Positions 58,497-64,000 of a stretch of 64,000 bases of DNA are shown piece by piece. This stretch comes from Chitinophaga pinensis (GTDB lineage Bacteria > Bacteroidota > Bacteroidia > Chitinophagales > Chitinophagaceae). A program made the position numbers and the translations under genes. The notes beneath the pieces are model-generated. The model was given only the letters and a program-made list of their open reading frames with translations. It was not told the DNA's origin and made no database searches. The stretch's first letter is position 1, and the number at the start of each line of letters is the position of its first letter. Where the stretch lies: contig CAMBEI010000003.1 of assembly GCA_945865645.1 (NCBI GenBank), positions 8,308 to 72,307 of the forward strand, written 5' to 3'.

Positions 58497-59348
58497 TCAT
58501 TTTTTCCTCCCCAAACCTACATAACCATTATCGCCTTTCCCACAATAGATAATGTCTAAATCAGCCTCTTCCATCCAATTTTTAAGTGTTGGTAAATTCT
58601 GCCTCTGATCATATTCAGGTGATAACATGTCAAATGTATCCAATATCGCCCACTCAATCAGTTGTGGTTTAGACATATAGGGATATTGCAATGAATAATT
58701 ACAAATAGGTATTATTTGAGCTAAAAACTTGCCTATATAAGGAATCCTTAGCAATAAAGAAGATACTGGAAACCAAATTGGAATGTATGATTGTATCAGC
58801 AATAAAAGAGTTTCCTTTTTCATCCTTTTTGTTACGGGGCGGACCCAATACTTTGAATAAAAATAAGATTTCCAATTTTTAGAATAGACATCCACCGCTA
58901 TTTCACCGCCTTTTTTCAAAAAAGGCAGTAAGGCGTTGAATGATTGCTTAACATCAGGTGTATGTTGTAAAACGCCTAAGCAGAAGATTTTATCAAAAGA
59001 TTCTTTCTCAAAGGGCATTTCATACAGTGATGCTTGATAAAGCTGTAGATTCGGATAATGCCCATTATTTTTGTAATTAGCATCCACAGCACCAGAGTAT
59101 TCCACAGAATGTAATTCAGCTCCTGTTTGTACCACTACCTCTGTAAATCGGCCTGCACCACTTCCTACTTCTAAGATTTTAGAACCTTTAAGGTCTTCTT
59201 TACGCCATTTTGTAACTCTATAAAATCTATCACTTGTGATGGAAAAACCAGAGTAACTGTCGAGTTGAGTTTTAGCAAATTTATTCCATTGAAATCCGAA
59301 TGATTCGGAATAATTGTCATTGGGGACTATTCTTATAATAGAAGGCAT
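58497..59348 (-). CDS. Class I SAM-dependent methyltransferase
   Basis: SFGFQWN, ILEVGSGAGRF, GVLQHTPD, DTFDMLSP. Confidence 0.9.
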   Translation of the reverse strand: MPSIIRIVPNDNYSESFGFQWNKFAKTQLDSYSGFSITSDRFYRVTKWRKEDLKGSKILEVGSGAGRFTEVVVQTGAELHSVEYSGAVDANYKNNGHYPNLQLYQASLYEMPFEKESFDKIFCLGVLQHTPDVKQSFNALLPFLKKGGEIAVDVYSKNWKSYFYSKYWVRPVTKRMKKETLLLLIQSYIPIWFPVSSLLLRIPYIGKFLAQIIPICNYSLQYPYMSKPQLIEWAILDTFDMLSPEYDQRQNLPTLKNWMEEADLDIIYCGKGDNGYVGLGRKK

Positions 59349-59625
59349 ATATCTTTATGTTTTTTAATTGTTTTACTGTTCCATTTTATGTTATTCAAAG
59401 ATTAGTGAATCAAAAGCAGAAATATAAAGGGCTACAAAATGCAATAGTTATTTTCGACGAATTTCAAATTGCTCAATTTTATTGTGTTAAATGTGAAGAG
59501 AAAATTCATCAACTTATACTGAGGGGTATTAATATTTATAGATTGAGAAAGTTATTAATAAGGAAGAATTAATAGCAGCAAATTCCCTTTTTAAAATTGC
59601 AGTTTAGTTGTAAATTTATAAAAAT

Positions 59626-61062
59626 TCAATTTGTATTATTAAGTAGAAAAGAAAATGCGTATGCTTGTACTGGAAATATTAAAGATTTTGAAATTCCTGG
59701 TTGTTGAGAAAACATCATAATTGCCCATAATGTAAACGTCAAAAATAAAAATAAAGGAATAAGTTGATATGATTTTCCTATTTTCTTGATTTCTACTAAG
59801 TTTATTCTACAAACACTTATGATAGCATTAACTATTAAAAGTAAAATGAATATTCCATAGTTTAATAGTATATAAATGTACCCACTATCAGCTGCTTGTT
59901 CCCTATTACCTTCATTGTTAATAAAAATGGAATTAAATATAGGCAAATCAAGTTTTCGTATTGAGATGTCTGGCCCTAACCCTAAAGTTAAAGTTTTAAT
60001 ATCGCTAAATACATAACCCATTATATGTTTCCAAACCCCTATTCTGGCATCTAATGTTGAGTTGTTTGATAATCTCTCCGTCATTAGATATAATTGTTCT
60101 ATAGGTATAATATTATCAATATAGAAGGCTATCGTATAGATTAATAATGTCAATATAAGTATCCCGAAGGATGTTCTTTTAAGAATTTTTCTACTTTTTA
60201 TATTTATAAAAAGGGTTATTAAGAATGTTAGTAAAAGTGAGAAAAAAACGGTTTTGTTATTTAATATAATTAGAGTAAGACAATTTATTAAAAATAATAT
60301 TAAATAGATAAAATAGTTTAAATAATTATTTTCTTTTATTAAAAGAAACAAAAATAAAAGTAAAATAACAGGTGCAAATGCATAAATAAAACCTGAAACA
60401 AAAAAATTAGGTCTCACCAAACTAATCCCGCTTTCAAGTGAATTTTTAAAGTATTCTTGATAATCATCTGTTAATCCTATTATTAAAGTTTTTCCCATGA
60501 AATATGCAATTAAAACGGTTATACTGCATAGTGAAACTGTGAAAATCCACGTCTTTAAAAAGAAAATGATTTCTTCTTTATCTTTAATATAGTTAATAGT
60601 AAATAGATATACTACAAATAATTGAACGAATGATATCATTGTAACTAAAGAAGCGATAAAGTCTAACGAAAAAATCCAACAAATCGAAAGAAGAAAAAAT
60701 AAAATATAAATTTTACTTTTAAAGCCAAAGGTTATGATTTTATGATTTTTAAATATTCTCGATAAAAGTATTGATAATAATATGAAAATGTACAAATCTC
60801 CGATATACAAAGAAGCAGAACTATTTGAGCTTACAGGTAGTGAATAACCGAGCATTAATACTGGGAAACTTAATGAAAAAGCTAACAATGGCTTTCTTAT
60901 CCCAAGAAATACCCCTATTAAAAGTATAACTACTCCTAAAAACATCCTTTGTCCAAAAGAATAATCTAAAAGAAATAAAAGAACTAAAAGAAAACTTAAT
61001 ACCCATCCTAAATAATAAAATAAGTAGTAGATAGATTGCTTTGTCATTTTAATCTTATTCAT
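59626..61062 (-). CDS. wzy: O-antigen/polysaccharide polymerase (Wzy / O-antigen ligase-like)
   Basis: Many TM segments, periplasmic loop with ARIGVW and LGLG..DSGYIYILLNYG; position in a wzx-containing cluster. Confidence 0.75.
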   Translation of the reverse strand: MNKIKMTKQSIYYLFYYLGWVLSFLLVLLFLLDYSFGQRMFLGVVILLIGVFLGIRKPLLAFSLSFPVLMLGYSLPVSSNSSASLYIGDLYIFILLSILLSRIFKNHKIITFGFKSKIYILFFLLSICWIFSLDFIASLVTMISFVQLFVVYLFTINYIKDKEEIIFFLKTWIFTVSLCSITVLIAYFMGKTLIIGLTDDYQEYFKNSLESGISLVRPNFFVSGFIYAFAPVILLLFLFLLIKENNYLNYFIYLILFLINCLTLIILNNKTVFFSLLLTFLITLFINIKSRKILKRTSFGILILTLLIYTIAFYIDNIIPIEQLYLMTERLSNNSTLDARIGVWKHIMGYVFSDIKTLTLGLGPDISIRKLDLPIFNSIFINNEGNREQAADSGYIYILLNYGIFILLLIVNAIISVCRINLVEIKKIGKSYQLIPLFLFLTFTLWAIMMFSQQPGISKSLIFPVQAYAFSFLLNNTN

Positions 61063-61065
61063 ATT

Positions 61066-62244
61066 TTACTTCAAATAAAGCCTTATATTGTCTTTAAATC
61101 TCAGTAATCTATTGTAAATTCCTTTTGTTGCCCTTTTTATAAATTTACCTCCTTCTATTATAGGATAAAGTGATTGATACTTTAATTGCTCTTTCTTCGT
61201 ATTTTCTTTATGCTCTTCTATAAATTGAACAACATTATGGTTTTTTTTCAAAGTTTTGTTATTTAAAAAATCTTGTACAGCATCAGTTATTAATTTAAAA
61301 CATGCTTGTTCATTGTATAAGCTAATCACCTTGTCATAAGCTTTTTGAGCGATTTTTATTCGCTCATCTTCATGTGCAAGATAATACTTAGTTTTTTCAA
61401 TTGCTTCTTCGATAGTATCAAACCCAATTACTTCTTCTCCTAATTTAAATATTTTTCCTAAATGTGACTTATTATCGCAAATTTGAAGAACCCCATTAGC
61501 GGGTAGATAAAATGTTCTAAAATTAATTGGTCCTGTACTATTGTGTATGTTTATTCCAATCTTAGTCCTTTGCAAAAGTGGAACTCTATCCTTTTCAGGT
61601 AAAAAACCTTCAGGCCATCCTTTACCTCGATATATACCTTGTGGAAAACTAATTGCATATTTATCCACTTTCGCTCTTCGAAAGTGAGTTATTCTTTCAC
61701 AAAGAAGTGTAATGTCTATATCTCTTAATTGAGTAAATAGCTTTTCTTTTGTTTTATTTGGTTCAAAATCGTCATGTCTAAATCCCGTTGGTGCCCAAAT
61801 TACATTTTTACAGCCCCATGATTTGTAAGTATCCAACTCAGCTATATTACCTACAGCAGATATATCATATGCTGCAGCCATTTCGCGAGAAAAACCTTTT
61901 GATGATTCTGGATCATCATAAAAGTTCCATACAGTTACCATATTGAGCAGAGAAATAAAATCAGGATGTAAATTTACTCCGCCAAAATTAATAAGAACAT
62001 CATAGTTCTCACTTTTAATAGCTATGTCTTCATACATTTTCATTAATATCCTATCTCCTCTTTTCCAACGTGCATTTAACTCATTCCAAGGCAAACGTCG
62101 ACCAGGATAATTTAAACCTGTAACAAAGGACTGAATGTCAGAACCCGAAAGTCTTAATCTCTGCAACCAATTCTCAACCCAATTTTTCATATAGGCATCC
62201 TTTGGGGAATTTTCAGAAAAAGCATGGCAAAAAAAAATTTTCAT
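61066..62244 (-). CDS. Glycosyltransferase (CgeB / Glyco_trans_1_2-like)
   Basis: DDPE, TKIGINIHN, NFRTFYLPANG..QICD, YYL.HEDER..IA. Confidence 0.85.
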   Translation of the reverse strand: MKIFFCHAFSENSPKDAYMKNWVENWLQRLRLSGSDIQSFVTGLNYPGRRLPWNELNARWKRGDRILMKMYEDIAIKSENYDVLINFGGVNLHPDFISLLNMVTVWNFYDDPESSKGFSREMAAAYDISAVGNIAELDTYKSWGCKNVIWAPTGFRHDDFEPNKTKEKLFTQLRDIDITLLCERITHFRRAKVDKYAISFPQGIYRGKGWPEGFLPEKDRVPLLQRTKIGINIHNSTGPINFRTFYLPANGVLQICDNKSHLGKIFKLGEEVIGFDTIEEAIEKTKYYLAHEDERIKIAQKAYDKVISLYNEQACFKLITDAVQDFLNNKTLKKNHNVVQFIEEHKENTKKEQLKYQSLYPIIEGGKFIKRATKGIYNRLLRFKDNIRLYLK

Positions 62245-63515
62245 ATAGTTTTAAATTGAATTTTTCTGTATCCCCAATAAGCACCTAAAAAACCTATAAA
62301 TTTACCTATAAAATAAGCTATGGCAGCACCTATAGCACCATAGAATGGAATCAAAATAATAGATGAAATCACCATTGGAAAGTCTCTAAAAATATTAATA
62401 AGTTTAAAAGAAAGCCACATTTGATTGTGAGAATAAAAATATTGAGATAATGCAATTGAGGCTGCATCAGGGATAGTTGATATAACAAGAATTAAAAATA
62501 TAGGATAAGCAACTATATATTGCTGACCATAAATACTTAATAACTGATGTCCAAATAAAATACAAAATAATACTATCAGGGCTATAGGAATTAAATTTGT
62601 TAATAGATTTAATTGAAATGCTTTAGTATATTTATCTTTATCAATCCCAATAATTTCATTTAAAAAATTGGTACTAACTGCATTTACTAAACTCGGGAAT
62701 AATAATATTACAGATACAAAACTAAATGAGACATTAAAGAGAGCTGTATCTGCAAATTTTCCATTTGATAGTTTTGTCAATAAGAATTGAATTATCCAAA
62801 TAGCTGGCATAGTAGTCAGCCCACTTAAAACACTTGGTAAAATCCAATCTTTTATTAATCCAATTTCTTGAATTAGTGGTAAGTTTAATACTTTGATATT
62901 ATGTAACTTTAGTTCTTTTTGAATTACAAAAAAGAATATTGTAAATTGAATGATAGCGCTTAATAAAATCCCCCCCAGCGTCGCTAAAATCCCTCCAAAG
63001 TGCGCAAAAAATAAACAAATAGTAATATAAAATATGCCTACTATAATATTGGTTGTAGCCATTTTAGAAAATATACCTAAACTTGAAGCCACGCCTAATG
63101 AAAAGACATTTAATGACATTAAAAAAATAATAAGCCCGCTGATAATGAAATATAAAGTAAAGTATTGAGATCCAATTAATATAAAAGACAAGAAAGGAGA
63201 TATTGTTACAACTAAAATAGAAAAAATCAAACTTGATAAAAATATCAATTTTATACAAAAACTTAAAATTTCAGAAGCTCTTTGTAGATTGGAATATTTA
63301 TACTCAGATATGAAACGATTGGCAAAATTAGATAATCCTAAACCTGAAATAGATACAATTGTATTTATGGTTATCAAAAACAAAGCATATTGACCATAAA
63401 TTTCTTTTTCAAACCATCTTGCTAAAAATATATTTACAAGTAGAGTGCTGCCTTGGGAAAAAAAAACATTCACTAAATTATAACTTATTTTATTGAAATA
63501 AGATTTTATATTCAT
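62241..63515 (-). CDS. wzx: Polysaccharide flippase
   Basis: About 12 TM segments, LAR..EKE.YGQY, IPFYGAIGAAIA. Confidence 0.88.
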   Translation of the reverse strand: MNIKSYFNKISYNLVNVFFSQGSTLLVNIFLARWFEKEIYGQYALFLITINTIVSISGLGLSNFANRFISEYKYSNLQRASEILSFCIKLIFLSSLIFSILVVTISPFLSFILIGSQYFTLYFIISGLIIFLMSLNVFSLGVASSLGIFSKMATTNIIVGIFYITICLFFAHFGGILATLGGILLSAIIQFTIFFFVIQKELKLHNIKVLNLPLIQEIGLIKDWILPSVLSGLTTMPAIWIIQFLLTKLSNGKFADTALFNVSFSFVSVILLFPSLVNAVSTNFLNEIIGIDKDKYTKAFQLNLLTNLIPIALIVLFCILFGHQLLSIYGQQYIVAYPIFLILVISTIPDAASIALSQYFYSHNQMWLSFKLINIFRDFPMVISSIILIPFYGAIGAAIAYFIGKFIGFLGAYWGYRKIQFKTI

Positions 63516-63518
63516 TGC

Positions 63519-64000
63519 TTATATAAGTGGAACTGCTAAAAAATCTGCAATTAAGTCATCGGTTTTTTTATCACCATCTAATATTCTATAACCTTTTTCT
63601 TTTAAGAAATTAAGGCAATTATCCTTTACTCCTTTCAAGTGATAATCATGAGTAGCTAAAATTATAAAAGGTTTATATTTTGTTATGGTTTTTTCGGATC
63701 CAAGTAAAGCGTCATATTCAGCACCCTCAATATCAATTTTCATTAAATTTGGTGGTTTAATTAAGCCACTTTCAACCATATTATCAATTGAGTTGGTTTT
63801 AACTATTATTTTTTTTAGTCTTTTAGATTCATAATTTGGCGTATCTTGAACATATGTATTTCCTGATTCACCTTCTAAATTTGAAAACTCAATAGTTCCT
63901 TCACCTTTTGAAACAGCTAAAGAGAATACATTAATATTTTTGACATTATTTATTGCAATATTACTTTTAATGACATCAACATATTTCGGAATTGCTTCAA
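63519..64000 (-). CDS. FkbM-family methyltransferase (5' end outside window)
   Basis: Frame open to window edge: EAIPKYVDVIKSNIAINN..AVS..KIDIEGAEYDAL.G. Confidence 0.9.
   Translation of the reverse strand, partial: EAIPKYVDVIKSNIAINNVKNINVFSLAVSKGEGTIEFSNLEGESGNTYVQDTPNYESKRLKKIIVKTNSIDNMVESGLIKPPNLMKIDIEGAEYDALLGSEKTITKYKPFIILATHDYHLKGVKDNCLNFLKEKGYRILDGDKKTDDLIADFLAVPLI

Noticed and set aside
59357-59572. 71-aa + strand ORF with a CVKC motif in the gap between wzy and the methyltransferase
   Set aside because: Opposite to the whole operon, with no promoter or family support. The CxxC is probably chance. I also could not reconstruct a Trm112-like N-terminal extension for the methyltransferase (in-frame TAA 9 nt upstream of its ATG).

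Overview
AT-rich Bacteroidota DNA, most likely Chitinophagaceae (TAnnTTTG -7 promoter elements, a T9SS C-terminal domain, TonB-dependent receptor, split transketolase). Three zones. (1) About 1-20.8 kb is a phosphate-starvation/envelope-remodelling neighbourhood. It holds a PiT transporter with DUF47, a hidden deleted porin pseudogene, a TonB receptor with a beta-helix lipoprotein, a PAP2-GtrA-ArnT/GT39 operon, a PlcP-like phosphoesterase-glycosyltransferase-GH1 operon, a choice-of-anchor-I lipoprotein and a PhoP/PhoR-like pair. Several of these promoters carry phased 11-bp TAAY direct-repeat arrays (Pho-box-like) that I found by eye. (2) About 21-42 kb is housekeeping: atpBEFH (not followed by atpAG), frr, scpA, dxs, leuS, ftsX, uppP. 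leuS carries an in-frame 519-bp element encoding a degenerate DUF559/Vsr-like endonuclease bounded by inverted REP-like ends, plus two solo palindromic inserts. (3) About 42-64 kb is a low-GC, mosaic Wzx/Wzy polysaccharide locus with an IS3-like remnant, an IS4 element, a gmd with an altered Rossmann motif, and carbamoyl-, amido- and methyltransferases. No rRNA, tRNA or CRISPR array was seen. All family calls come from motif recognition by eye; no database searches were run.
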